A stretch of 63,897 bases of DNA, filler included, from Vicugna vicugna (GCA_013265495.1; 77 parts of 76 records of this genome joined end to end with filler, not necessarily neighbours in it); one strand, 5' to 3'. Numbered from the whole stretch's first letter, positions 12,229-24,927 are shown. Numbers and translations: made by a program. Notes: generated from the letters alone by a model not told the origin.

Positions 12229-13001
12229 ACCTCCCCTTATACATGTAGGGAATGGTGTTTGCACACCGACAAGTAAGTTAGTTTTCCCTTCAAGCTAGGT
12301 GAAGGTCGGCTTTCAAACACAGTTATCTCTCAGAACTGAGCATGTGGACAGACGTTCTTTCAAACAACACCAAGGGAACTGGTTGCAGGAGAAACCCTTA
12401 CTCTGGTTTCTCAGACTGCTTCCTAGTGCCGGTTTGAAGTTTCTGAAGTTTGCACTGTAAACCCGAGTTGGAGCTTGTTCCACCCATATATATGTATGGA
12501 GTGGAGTTTGCAAGTGACAAGAAACTTGGTGTTCCCTTCAAGCTACGTGAAGGTCGGCTTTCACACACACTTATCTCTCAGAACTGAGCATGTGGAGAGA
12601 CGTTCTTTCATCCAGCACAAATGGAAAGGGTTGCAGGTGAAACACTTACTCTGGTTTCTCAGTCTGTTTCCTAGTGCCAGTTTGAAGTTCCTGAGTTTTG
12701 TACTCTAAAACCTAGTTGGAGCTTGTTCCTACCCATATATGTGTATGGAGTGGAGTATGCAACTGAAAAGATACTTTGTGTTCCCTTCAAGCTACGTGAA
12801 GGTCGGCTTTCACACACATTTATTATCTCTCAGAGCGTGTGGAGAGACGTTCGTTCATCCAGCACAAAGGGAACGGGTTGCAGGAGAAACACATTCTCTG
12901 GATTCTCAGTCTTTTTCCTAGTGCCAGTTTGAAGTTCCTGCGTTTTGCACTTTAATACGGAGTTGGAGCTTGTACCTCCCCATATACATGTATGGAATGG
13001 A
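12229..13001 (-). repeat. Sat-B 249-bp satellite, ~3 monomers
   Basis: gaaggtcggctttca at 12301, 12549 and 12798 (period 248-249). Confidence 0.95.
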
Positions 13002-13101
13002 NNNNNNNNNNNNNNNNNNNNNNNNNNNNNNNNNNNNNNNNNNNNTTAATTAATTAANNNNNNNNNNNNNNNNNNNNNNNNNNNNNNNNNNNNNNNNNNN
13101 N

Positions 13102-13995
13102 ACCTTGACTTCCCTAAGTGTTTTCCTAGGCCTAGCAGTAAGGGATTGTGTGGGATGGGCTCTAAATCCATGTATTAGCGAGTGCACCTCTGTGGGTAGT
13201 GGAGGGTTTTAAACTACTTCCCCAACCTTGGAACACCTGTGCCCCATAAAGATGCGTGGAATCTGTTTCCCCACCTCCAGCACACACACGGAGACGTGCT
13301 CAGGTATCCTGATTGTGGGGAGGCTCCTCCAAAAATAGAATCCATTAGCTTGTCTTCCCTGATGGCATGCCTAGCCTGGAGAGTGGGGGAAATTGGGGGT
13401 TGGGCCCTAACCAAGTATTAGCGAGACCCTATCCATGGGATGTGGGTTTTTAACATACAACCCACAACCATGGAATAAATGTGCCCCCTGAAATATGCTT
13501 TGACTGTTTCCCTACATCCAGCACACACGCGAAGAAGTTTTCTGGTATTCTGAGAGTGGGGAGTTTCCTCAAACTGACAAAAGCACCTGGGTTCTATTAT
13601 TATCACACATCTTCTGTTTCCTGAGTGTTCCTTTAGGCCAGGCCATGAGGGAAACCTGGGGGTTGGGCTTGGAGGCCAAGTAGCAGTGAGTGACCCCTGA
13701 TCCACTGAGGAAGTACTTAGAGGACTTCTCCCTAAACGGAACACCTTTTCCTCCATTCATCTGGGTGCAGTGGGGCAGCACATCTCTCCCACACCTAAGA
13801 ATGTGTTCTGGAATTCTGAGTGCAGGGAAGTTCCTCCAACTGACAGAAGCAGCGCCTCTTAAAGAATCCCTTGGCTTGTCTTCCCTGATGGCATGACTAG
13901 GCGGGAGAGTGGGGGAAAGTGGGGGTTGGGCACTAACCCAATTATTACCCAAAGCCTATCCATGGGATGTGGGTTTTTAACCTACAACCCACAAC
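13102..13995. repeat. Sat-D heterogeneous ~265-bp satellite
   Basis: Recurrent diverged landmarks (ctgag.g.gggg.g.tcctccaa; ttagcttgtcttccctga; ccaagtattagcgag) shared with seven other scaffolds. Confidence 0.88.
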
Positions 13996-14342
13996 NNNNN
14001 NNNNNNNNNNNNNNNNNNNNNNNNNNNNNNNNNNNNNNNTTAATTAATTAANNNNNNNNNNNNNNNNNNNNNNNNNNNNNNNNNNNNNNNNNNNNAAAAG
14101 GAGGCAGCAATAATGAAGGCACATGTGAAAAAATGGGAGTTAACTATAAAAACCAATGTGTCTTTTCTTGTACATCCATGTCATAGCGGCCAATTTTTTT
14201 TGGATTGTTTTATTGATGTTATGAAAGGATACAAATCAATGCCTCTTTTCTTATACACTTATACCAGTCTTTTTTTCTTTTTTCCATTTTTACTGTTATT
14301 GTGAAGGAAGGACCACACGTCTCTTCTGTGTCCACCATTCCA

Positions 14343-14490
14343 GGCAGTGCTCCTTCACCTTGGCTGCACATTAGAATAACAATACCCAGAGGAGCTTTAA
14401 AAACTTCCTTATGCCAGAATGCACCCCAGGCACCAACATTTTTTAAGTTCCCCTGGTGATTCCAACATGCAGCCAAGGTTGACAAGTCCA
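14343..14490. mobile_element. MER5-like hAT-Charlie DNA transposon relic
   Basis: ccttggctgcacattagaat ... tttttaagttcccctggtgattccaacatgcagccaaggttga, with inverted termini (ccttggctgca / tgcagccaagg). Confidence 0.75.
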
Positions 14491-15212
14491 GAAGTAAACA
14501 GACTAAAGTACATCTAAACAGCGCCCGTTTTTTCTGGGTAATCACATCTATCTCCNNNNNNNNNNNNNNNNNNNNNNNNNNNNNNNNNNNNNNNNNNNNT
14601 TAATTAATTAANNNNNNNNNNNNNNNNNNNNNNNNNNNNNNNNNNNNNNNNNNNNTCTTAAGTGGAGTATCAATATGGATTCCACATTCATATAAAGCAG
14701 AGGCGTGGAGATTAGATTTTTTTAAAGGAGATTTTGTTTTTCCCTAGAGAACCGGCTGTTTCACCCCTTTCCTGCGTGCACAGGTGGAGAACTTTGAGTC
14801 TTCCTTTCAGTGAAGAGTCAAGTCGTCCAATACGTCTTATGCAGAGGTTTCTATAAAGGAAGACTTCTACATCTGGTATGGACCCTTTTTCTTAATGGAC
14901 ATTGTATCCCTATTTATGTGCAGATGAAAACCCCTTCCCTCCAGGGTGCTGTGGCATCAGCTCACAAGATTACCATTACCATTTTTGCGTTAAGTGTCCT
15001 CTTTTTATTTTCACCTGGGAACTTCCCTCGTTATCTCTGTGTTACTTTTGTTGTTGTATTTTATACTGCATTACTGAAAGTTTTACTTAAAAGGGATCCT
15101 AATTAGCTCTGTNNNNNNNNNNNNNNNNNNNNNNNNNNNNNNNNNNNNNNNNNNNNTTAATTAATTAANNNNNNNNNNNNNNNNNNNNNNNNNNNNNNNN
15201 NNNNNNNNNNNN

Positions 15213-15996
15213 CTGTGGAGAAAAGGGTACAGTCCTTCACTGCTGGTGGCAATGCAGGTTGGTGCAGCCACTATGGAAAACAGAATGGAGATTCTTCAAA
15301 AGCCTAGGAATATACTGACCATATGACTCAGGAATCCCACCCCTGCGCATAAATACAGAAGGAACCCTACTTCAGGATAACACCTGCACCCCAATGTTCA
15401 TAGCCAGCACTATTTACAATAGCCAGGACATGGAAACAACCTAAATGTCCATCGACTGTTGACTGGAAAAAGAAGAGGTGGTATATTTATACAATGGAAC
15501 ACTAGACAACCATATAAACCTGTAACAAGTAACATAATTTTCAGCAACATGGATGCTCCTGGAGAAAATCAGTCTAAGTGAAGTAAGCCAGATAGGGAAA
15601 GAAAAATACCATATGAGATGGCTCTTCAGTGGAATCTAAAAACAAAACAAAACAAAACAAACAAAAAAACAAATACAAAGCTAAATAGACTCACAGACAT
15701 AGAATACAAAGTTTGGTTGCCATGGGGCTGGGGGTGGAAAGAGATAGACTGGGAGGTCAAAATTGTAGAATAGTTAACAGGATTGTACTTTATAGCACAG
15801 GGAAATATATAAAAGATCTTACGGCAGCCCACAGAGGAAAAATGGGACTACAAGTGTATATATGTTCATTGTAACTGCAAAATTGTGCTCAACGCTGGAA
15901 TTTGAGACAAACATTGTAACTGCAAAATTGTGCTGTACACTGGAATTGGAGACAACTTTGTAAAATAACTGTAAATCAATAAAAAGTTAAAAAAAC
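15213..15996 (+). mobile_element. LINE-1 ORF2 end and complete 3'UTR (camelid-type)
   Basis: Canonical ORF2 C-terminus, a (CAAAA)n tract, and the same 3'UTR terminus as 659-775. Confidence 0.9.
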
Positions 15997-16161
15997 ATAA
16001 TCTTAAATATTACAGGTGTGAATATAAATTAGAGAGAATAAAAACAATGAAAAGAGTAATANNNNNNNNNNNNNNNNNNNNNNNNNNNNNNNNNNNNNNN
16101 NNNNNTTAATTAATTAANNNNNNNNNNNNNNNNNNNNNNNNNNNNNNNNNNNNNNNNNNNN

Positions 16162-16942
16162 CCGATTTTAGGACCTGGTGATAGGAAAAACCTATGAAGT
16201 CAGAGTTTATATTTTTAGTCTATATACGCCTTATTCGGAGGTTGAAAGGTCAGTAATCCACATGCTCACAAGTCAGAAACGCATGATTGCCAAATCCGTC
16301 ATACATGTAGCATGTACGGAACCCGGAATGCCATGTTGTTGGAATTCATGTAAATTACATATCTGNNNNNNNNNNNNNNNNNNNNNNNNNNNNNNNNNNN
16401 NNNNNNNNNNNNNNNNNNNNNNNNNNNNNNNNNNNNNNNNNNNNNNNNNNNNNNNNNNNNNNNNNNNNNNNNNNNNNNNNNNNNNNNNNNNNNNNNNNNN
16501 NNNNNNNNNNNNNNNNNNNNNNNNNNNNNNNNNNNNNNNNNNNNNNNNNNNNNNNNNNNNNNNNNNNNNNNNNNNNNNNNNNNNNNNNNNNNNNNNNNNN
16601 NNNNNNNNNNNNNNNNNNNNNNNNNNNNNNNNNNNNNNNNNNNNNNNNNNNNNNNNNNNNNNNNNNNNNNNNNNNNNNNNNNNNNNNNNNNNNNNNNNNN
16701 NNNNNNNNNNNNNNNNNNNNNNNGTAAATATTTCAGAGTGCATAGGTAACTTGTTTGGTGTTTGAAACATCAGTCATGCGCATGTTCAGAACTCAGAAAT
16801 GCATGTTTGAGGAATCCATGATGCATGAATCATGTTCGAAATACCGAAATCCATGGTTATGTAAACAATGTAAATTGCTTGTGTATTGGTGAGAATTTGC
16901 TCAAAGAGTGTTTCCTAGTGTCAAATGTCCGATTTTAGAACC
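16162..16942 (+). repeat. Sat-C ~742-bp trimeric satellite (gapped)
   Basis: Shares gtaatccacatgctcacaagtc and gaaacatcagtcatgcgcatgttc with six other scaffolds. Confidence 0.93.
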
Positions 16943-17042
16943 NNNNNNNNNNNNNNNNNNNNNNNNNNNNNNNNNNNNNNNNNNNNTTAATTAATTAANN
17001 NNNNNNNNNNNNNNNNNNNNNNNNNNNNNNNNNNNNNNNNNN

Positions 17043-17782
17043 GCTGTTTTATTGGTACCTATTAAAATCAAGTTTAAATGTAGAAAAGTATATCTAATGG
17101 TTAACCTAAGAAATTAGTTAAAAAAATATAACTGGTTTGAAAAGCTACATTTGTGTTTTTCCTTTCCGATAAATGTTTCTAGAGATGCTAATAAAAACTT
17201 AGAATAATTAATGTTAATTAGGTTGAATAACTGGAAAAATGATTGTAAAAATGTCAAAAAAAAAATAAGTGGCTTATCCCAAAAGGATAAATATTTTTAT
17301 ATGGTTATTTTGAATCAAATAAATAAAATGGACATTTTTGGATTTACATACAGGGTTTTGATACTACACTACGTAAAGTTAAAAAAAAAGGCCAAAAAGA
17401 TTAACCACTCTCCCCCCAACATTAAAGTTCAAACAAGTCCGTTTTCTTTACCACAGTTTAAAATATATTTATATGTAGACTGAAATACTTGATCAATGAT
17501 TGGGATAACAGACCAATTAATGAAATTAAAAACTGAGAAGGGCCTAAGCTCTTTGGCTGAATCTTGGGCATCCTAGAGACTTCTATAAAATTATATACAA
17601 TGCACAAAAAAAAAAAAGTTTCTGGCACTCCTTCTAGAAATAAGAATTATTGATTAAACTTAATAAATATAAAAATTAAAGGTATAAGATTTAATAAAAT
17701 TGAGATAAAAGTTTGTGAATTTGGTATATTTAAATTATCTTTATATAAACCTTTTGCTTATATTGTGGGATAGATATGTTTC
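17043..17782. mobile_element. Probable ERV1 (MER4-group-like) internal AT-rich segment
   Basis: AT-rich composition and motifs resemble non-coding ERV1 internal sequence. Pattern recognition only. Confidence 0.4.
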
Positions 17783-17882
17783 NNNNNNNNNNNNNNNNNN
17801 NNNNNNNNNNNNNNNNNNNNNNNNNNTTAATTAATTAANNNNNNNNNNNNNNNNNNNNNNNNNNNNNNNNNNNNNNNNNNNN

Positions 17883-18762
17883 AAGTCAGAGTAAATAATT
17901 CTAAATGTATATACGCAATGTTTGGTGAATGAAGGTCAGTAATCCACAAGCTCACAAGTCACAAATGCATGATTGCCGAATCCGTCATGCATGTAGTATG
18001 TACGGAACCCGGAATGCCATGTTGATGGAATTCATGTAAATTACATACCTATTTGGTGGAAATCGCTCCAGAAATATTTTTTTTCTGAAAAATTCACGAA
18101 TTCGAACCTGGTTTTATGGAAAGTTTGTGAAAATGTGTACACGTGTCTAGATGAAAATATTACTTTTATAGAGGAAGAAAGATTAGTAATCCAGATGACC
18201 TCAACTCAGGAATGTATATTTGTCGAATCCGTCATGAATGTAGCATGTACGGAACACGGAATATCATGTAGATGGAATCTATTCAAACTACATATCTCTA
18301 GGGAAGAATTCGCTCCAAGAGGGTTTTTGTTTGATCAAAGTGTGATTCTTGAAACTGGTGATAGGCAGAAGCTACGAAGTCAAAATAAATATTTCAGAGT
18401 GCATAGGTAAATTTTTTGGTGTTTGAAACATCAGTCATGCGCATGTTCACAACTCAGAAATGCATGTTGGAAGAATCTGGGATGCATGAAACAAGCTCGT
18501 AATACGGAATTCCATGGTTATGTAAACAATGTAAATTACATGTGTATTGGTGAGAATTCGCTCAAAGAGTGTTTTCTGGTGCCAAATGTCCGATTTTAGA
18601 ACCTGGTGATAGGAAAAACCTATGAAGTCAGAGTAAATATTTCTAAGTCATATTTCTAAGTATACATACGCCTTGTTCGGAGGGTGAAAGGTCAGTAATC
18701 CACATGCTCACAATTAGGAAATGCATGATTGCCAAATCCTTCATACATGTAGCATGTACGGA
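17883..18762 (+). repeat. Sat-C, one complete ungapped higher-order unit
   Basis: aagtcagagtaaata at 17883 and 18625 (742 bp). Sub-repeat starts at 17939, 18186, 18434 and 18695. Confidence 0.95.
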
Positions 18763-18862
18763 NNNNNNNNNNNNNNNNNNNNNNNNNNNNNNNNNNNNNN
18801 NNNNNNTTAATTAATTAANNNNNNNNNNNNNNNNNNNNNNNNNNNNNNNNNNNNNNNNNNNN

Positions 18863-19529
18863 GTTTGGGTTTATCATACAGATCCTCTAGTAAAAATATT
18901 TATAAACAAATATACTACTTTTTGGAACCATTGTGTACGATATATGTGGGTTTTTGTTTCCAGTTGTTCACTGTTAGTAATTGGAAATAGGATTAGTATT
19001 TTTGTGTTGCTCTTGTATCCTGAGACTTTGATAAAGCAATTTCCATTTATCAGGTGTTTCTTACAGATTCCTTGGGATTTTCTATGTGGACAGTTATGCC
19101 ATGCATGTGCATTGACACTAATATTTCTTCCTTTCTAATCTGCATGTCTTTCTTTTTCCTGCCATAACTATACTGGCTAGTACCTACGTACAGTACCAAA
19201 TTGAAAAGGAGAGATGAGAGGGGGACATTCTGGCCTTGTTTTTTTATTTAGGAGGAACGGGTTCATTCTTTCACCATTAAGTATGATGAGATGTTTGCTT
19301 TTTTGTAGATGTTCTTTATTAGATTGAAGTAGTGCTCTACTGTTCCTAGTTTTCTTAGAGTTTCTAACATGGATGCATGTTGAATTTCATCAAATGCTTT
19401 TTCTGCACTGTGATGTGAATATGCAGGGTTTTTCTTAATCTATTAATATGGCAAGTTACATGGATGATTTGAAAATATTAAACGTGTCTTGTATTCCTAG
19501 AATAGACTCCATTTGATCGTAGTGCTTTG
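18863..19529 (-). mobile_element. Old LINE-1 (L1M-type) ORF2 fragment
   Basis: Antisense ORF2 motifs (gattccttgggattttctatg, ctttcaccattaagtatgatg, tcaaatgctttttctgca). Confidence 0.85.
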
Positions 19530-19629
19530 NNNNNNNNNNNNNNNNNNNNNNNNNNNNNNNNNNNNNNNNNNNNTTAATTAATTAANNNNNNNNNNNNNNN
19601 NNNNNNNNNNNNNNNNNNNNNNNNNNNNN

Positions 19630-20174
19630 ATATGTATATATGTAATTGATATACATATATGCACATAGAAATATATACGTATATATACATTTACAAAGGC
19701 GAAACAAGAAACAGGTGCAAGAAAGCTTATAGTAGAATTATTCGTGAAAGTCACAAACTAGAAATTGTCTAGATGATATCCATCATCATTANNNNNNNNN
19801 NNNNNNNNNNNNNNTGATATGTTTATACAACTGAAAAGCACACAGTGATGCATTTAGCTAAAGCTAAACTCTCACAATCATAACATGAATAAAGAAGGCT
19901 AGGCAGAGTAGAAAGCATACTGGAAAATTCCATTCCTATGAAGATCAAATGAAGAAAAAGAGAGCTAAATTATAAAAATTCTGGAGAGTCTTCATCTTTG
20001 GGAGTAGAGGATCGGGGAAAATTCCCAGAATGGGTATGGAAAAAGCTTCTGGGATGATGGTGATACTTTATTTCTTGATCTATCTCCCAGTTATGTGGAG
20101 TTTTATGTTATGAGAAGTCTGTATTCATTACACTAAATGCAATTTAAAAATACGTGAAATTAAAGCACTCCCAA
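19630..20174 (+). mobile_element. Old L1ME/L1MC-type 3' fragment
   Basis: ctcacaatcataac...attccattcctatgaag...gcttctgggatgatggtgatactttatttcttgatct. Confidence 0.6.
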
Positions 20175-21128
20175 NNNNNNNNNNNNNNNNNNNNNNNNNN
20201 NNNNNNNNNNNNNNNNNNTTAATTAATTAANNNNNNNNNNNNNNNNNNNNNNNNNNNNNNNNNNNNNNNNNNNNGGCCCATATTTCGGTTTAAATCACCA
20301 TCTCATCACCATAGGGCCTCGGACTAGAATGTAACCTCTCTTAACCTGTTAGTGCATATGTGAAGTAGGCACGATAATATTCGTTTCTTCCTGGGATTGT
20401 TGTAAATTCTAAAGAGTATTATAGCACACATGAAGCATTTAACACACTGGCACTTAGCAGTGTTCACTTTGTGCGGCCACCACACTTGGTGTGTGTCAGA
20501 GCCATAAAGGAAGCATTGGTCTCTTGAGGATGCACTAGTAGCCCCTTGGTTAGGTTGTGAATTTGGTGATTTACTTTAATGCTTGTAACTCTGTGTGCAA
20601 TGGGCAGTTATTTTCATGGACAGATGAGGAATCTCAGGGTAAAAAACACTGTGAAATTTGCCGAAAGTCAGACCATAATTTTGGGTGCAGGGGCCTCTGT
20701 TCAGCATGGGCCCCTGGGCCTTCTGCCCTCTCCGTTCAGCACCAGAGCCAGATGTGGGCTCGGCTGTTTCTCAGCCCCGTATATCCAGCAGGCGGCAAGA
20801 CACATGCTTGAGCAAAAACTCCGGAGGAGAGGCAGTTAGAAAAGTGACAAACATAAAAACAGACGACTGCAAACTGTGATCAGCTCTGAAAAGGAAAGGA
20901 ACACGTCTCACCGTGCAGAGCTGGGAGCTTTCCCGTCGGGACTGCTCTGGGGACGTTCATTTCAGCTAAACAAACTCTGCTGCTGCACCAAGGGAGGAAG
21001 GCAGGGCGCGTGTGGCCAGGTAGACAGGNNNNNNNNNNNNNNNNNNNNNNNNNNNNNNNNNNNNNNNNNNNNTTAATTAATTAANNNNNNNNNNNNNNNN
21101 NNNNNNNNNNNNNNNNNNNNNNNNNNNN

Positions 21129-21593
21129 AACCCACGCGCTACCGACCGTTGGTGGAACCTCCCCAGGCTCAGGGTTCCAGAAACATTGTCAGTGCGTGGG
21201 GGAGATCATGAGACAGCTCCACGCAGCTCTCTTCAGTCACAGGTGTTCCCTGTCCGGGGAAGTCCGAGAAATAACTACCCTGGCCTTGGGGAGGCAGCCT
21301 CTGTCACTGGGATTTCCTGCAAAACCCCCTAGAATTCCTTACACAGAGATATTTGGAAAAACCTCAGGGGAGGCCAGCTCAGGCATTCCGTTGGAACCCA
21401 CGCGCTGCCGACCGTTGGTGGAACCTCCCCACTCAGGGTTCCGGAAACATTGTCAGTGCGTGGGGGAGTTCGAGAGACAGCTCCACGCACCTCTCTTCAG
21501 TCAAAGGTGTTATCTGTCCGGGGAAGTCCGAGAAATACCTTCCCTGAGCTAGGGGAGGAAGCCTCTGTCACTGGGATTTCATGCAAACCCCCC
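21129..21593 (+). repeat. Sat-A 267-bp satellite
   Basis: aacccacgcgct at 21129 and about 21395. Confidence 0.95.
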
Positions 21594-21693
21594 NNNNNNN
21601 NNNNNNNNNNNNNNNNNNNNNNNNNNNNNNNNNNNNNTTAATTAATTAANNNNNNNNNNNNNNNNNNNNNNNNNNNNNNNNNNNNNNNNNNNN

Positions 21694-22276
21694 ATGCATC
21701 TACATGGGAATTTGAGAAATTTTACCTACACCCTGCAATGTGGGAATACATGTGCCACCTGGAAGATGCCTTGAACTTGTTTCCCCACCACCAGCACACA
21801 AACGAGGAAGTGTTCTTCTATCCTGAATGGTGGGAGTTCCCTCCAAATGACAGCAGCACCTGGGGTCTAATAGAATCCGTTACCTTGACCTCCTTGAGTG
21901 TNNNNNNNNNNNNNNNNNNNNNNNNNNNNNNNNNNNNNNNNNNNNNNNNNNNNNNNNNNNNNNNNNNNNNNNNNNNNNNNNNNNNNNNNNNNNNNNNNNN
22001 NNNNNNNNNNNNNNNNNNNNNNNNNNNNNNNNNNNNNNNNNNNNNNNNNNNNNNNNNNNNNNNNNNNNNNNNNNNNNNNNNNNTTCAGATGTCTGTGGGA
22101 AAGTTCTTCCAAATAACAGCAGTGCCTGGGTTCTAATACTATACCTTAACGTGTATTCCATGGTGGATTGCCAAGGACGGTATGCGGGGGAAAGTTGGGA
22201 CTTGGCTCTAAACCATGTAGTAGCGAGAGCATATCCATCGGATGTGGGTGTTTAACCTACAACCCACAACCATGGA
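21694..22276. repeat. Sat-D (gapped)
   Basis: Same landmarks as 13102-13995, including ggatgtgggt...aacctacaacccacaaccatgga. Confidence 0.85.
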
Positions 22277-22376
22277 NNNNNNNNNNNNNNNNNNNNNNNN
22301 NNNNNNNNNNNNNNNNNNNNTTAATTAATTAANNNNNNNNNNNNNNNNNNNNNNNNNNNNNNNNNNNNNNNNNNNN

Positions 22377-22784
22377 CGGGATACATGTGTTTCTGAGTTG
22401 TGAGCATGTGGATTACTGATCATTCATCCACGAAACAATGCATATATACACTTAGAAATATTTACTCGGACTTCATGGTTTTTTTCTATAACCAGGTCCT
22501 AAAGTAGGACATTAGGTACCAGAAAAACTCTTTGAGCGAATTCTCAACAATACACATGTAATTTACATTGTCTACATATCCATGGCATTCCGTATTCCGA
22601 ACATGATTCATGCATCATGGATTCCTCAAACATGCATTTCTGAGTTGTGAACATGCTCATGACTGATGTTTCAACCACCAAACTAGTTACCTATGCACTT
22701 TGAATTATTTACTTTGACTTCGTAGCACTTCGAAGAATTTTCCTATCACCAGTTTCAAGAATAACAATTTGACCCCAGAAAAAA
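22377..22784 (-). repeat. Sat-C
   Basis: Reverse complement of the 18330-18730 region. Confidence 0.92.
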
Positions 22785-22884
22785 NNNNNNNNNNNNNNNN
22801 NNNNNNNNNNNNNNNNNNNNNNNNNNNNTTAATTAATTAANNNNNNNNNNNNNNNNNNNNNNNNNNNNNNNNNNNNNNNNNNNN

Positions 22885-23176
22885 CATATGACCCAGCAAT
22901 CCCACTCCTGGGCATATATCCAAAAGGATACATAATTCAAAAAGACACTTGCACCCCAATTTACACAGCAGGAATATTTAAAATAGCAAGACATGGAAAC
23001 AACCCAAATGTCCACTGACAGATGACTGGATAAAGAGGTTATAGCGTATTTGTCCAATAGACTACTATTCAGCCATAAAATAATAATAAAATAATGCCAT
23101 TTGCAGCAACATCAATGGACCTGGAGAATGTCATTCTAAGTGAAGTAAGCCAGAAAGAGAAAGGAAAATACTATAA
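22885..23176 (+). mobile_element. LINE-1 ORF2 C-terminal fragment
   Basis: catatgacccagcaatcccactcctgggcatatatcc...ctaagtgaagtaagccag. Confidence 0.9.
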
Positions 23177-23276
23177 NNNNNNNNNNNNNNNNNNNNNNNN
23201 NNNNNNNNNNNNNNNNNNNNTTAATTAATTAANNNNNNNNNNNNNNNNNNNNNNNNNNNNNNNNNNNNNNNNNNNN

Positions 23277-23998
23277 CCACGCACTGACAATGGTTCCGGA
23301 ATCCTGAGCGTGGGGATCTTCACCAACGGTCGGCAGTGCGTGGGTTCAAACGGGATACCTGAGCTCGTCTTCCCTGAGGGTTTTCCTAATGTCTCTGTGC
23401 CAGGGAATGTTAGGGTGTGTTTGCAGGAAATCTCAGTGACAGTGGCTGCCTCACCAAGGTCAGGGAAGGTATTTCTCGGACTTCCCCAACAGGGAACACC
23501 TGTGAATGAAGAGAGCTGCGTGGAGTTGTCTCTCGAGCTCCCACANNNNNNNNNNNNNNNNNNNNNNNNNNNNNNNNNNNNNNNNNNNNNNNNNNNNNNN
23601 NNNNNNNNNNNNNNNNNNNNNNNNNNNNNNNNNNNNNNNNNNNNNNNNNNNNNNNNNNNNNNNNNNNNNNNNNNNNNNNNNNNNNNNNNNNNNNNNNNNN
23701 NNNNNNNNNNNNNNNNNNNNNNNNNNNNNNNNNNNNNNNNNNNNNNNNNNNNNNNNNNNNNNNNNNNNNNNNNNNNNNNNNNNNNNNNNNNNNNNNNNNN
23801 NNNNNNNNNNNNNNNNNNNNNNNNNNNNNNNNNNNNNNNNNNNNNNNNNNNNNNNNNNNNNNNNNNNNNAACGGGATGCCTGAGCTCGTCTTCCCTGAGG
23901 GTTTCCCTAATGTTTCTGTGCCAGGGAATGCTAGGGGAGGTTTGCAGGAAATATCAGTGACAGAGGTTGCCTCCCCAAGGTCAGGGAAGGTATTTCTC
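23277..23998 (-). repeat. Sat-A (gapped)
   Basis: Reverse-complement Sat-A motifs. Confidence 0.95.
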
Positions 23999-24098
23999 NN
24001 NNNNNNNNNNNNNNNNNNNNNNNNNNNNNNNNNNNNNNNNNNTTAATTAATTAANNNNNNNNNNNNNNNNNNNNNNNNNNNNNNNNNNNNNNNNNNNN

Positions 24099-24827
24099 GA
24101 GAAATTGTCCTCACAGAAATCCCATGTAATTGCGTAGAGACAATTGTCTAAAATTTTCACTTAACAAATCCCTAGAAGACTACATTATATACCTGATATT
24201 ACGTGATCAGTAGAGTTGAAGAAGTACAGTAAAAGAAACAATAAGTACCATTTTCAGTTCCAAAGATATTGAAGGCCCAAAAGATAAGCTTTCAAACAAC
24301 TAGACTGCAAAACGCTATCCAGACCATGTGTTGAAAATGGAGGTCAGGAAATCACTGAAGAACAACAGAGTCTCAGACTCACAATAGGCATAATACCAGA
24401 AAAGGGGGAAGATAATGTCTGAAAACGAGCCAAAGTATATCAGAAAACTCAATGGATGTGAATATATCAGGGCTAAAATTCAGTCCTTAGCAGACTAGGT
24501 AATACAGAGGGACGCGTGAATGACTGTGAAGACAGGGGAACAGAAATCCCTCGGTCAGAAGCAGACATAGGAAAGCAAGTGCAAAAGCAAGTGCAAACCA
24601 ATGAAAACATTGGTGTTGAATCCTGGGTTAAGACAGGGCATGAAAGACTAGAATTCATTAGAGTCCCAGATGGAAAAGCAAGAGATAAAGAAACAAAAAA
24701 TGTCTGAGAACTTATCTGTTGGAATATCAGACTGAAACTTGCTGAAAGCCAAGAATGAGTCATCTATGCAAATTCAGGAAGCACACAGCGTCCAAAGGAG
24801 GTGGAATCCCTATAGACCTACCAGCAG
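24099..24827 (+). mobile_element. Ancient L1/HAL1 ORF1-like remnant
   Basis: Degenerate ORF1p-like peptide (RLGNTEGRVNDCEDR...FIRVPDGK...QIQEAHSVQRR). Confidence 0.6.
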
Positions 24828-24927
24828 NNNNNNNNNNNNNNNNNNNNNNNNNNNNNNNNNNNNNNNNNNNNTTAATTAATTAANNNNNNNNNNNNNNNNN
24901 NNNNNNNNNNNNNNNNNNNNNNNNNNN

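Noticed and set aside
14810..15106. 98-aa ORF with nearby AG/GT splice-like signals
   Set aside because: There is no recognisable homology, and it is compatible with chance.
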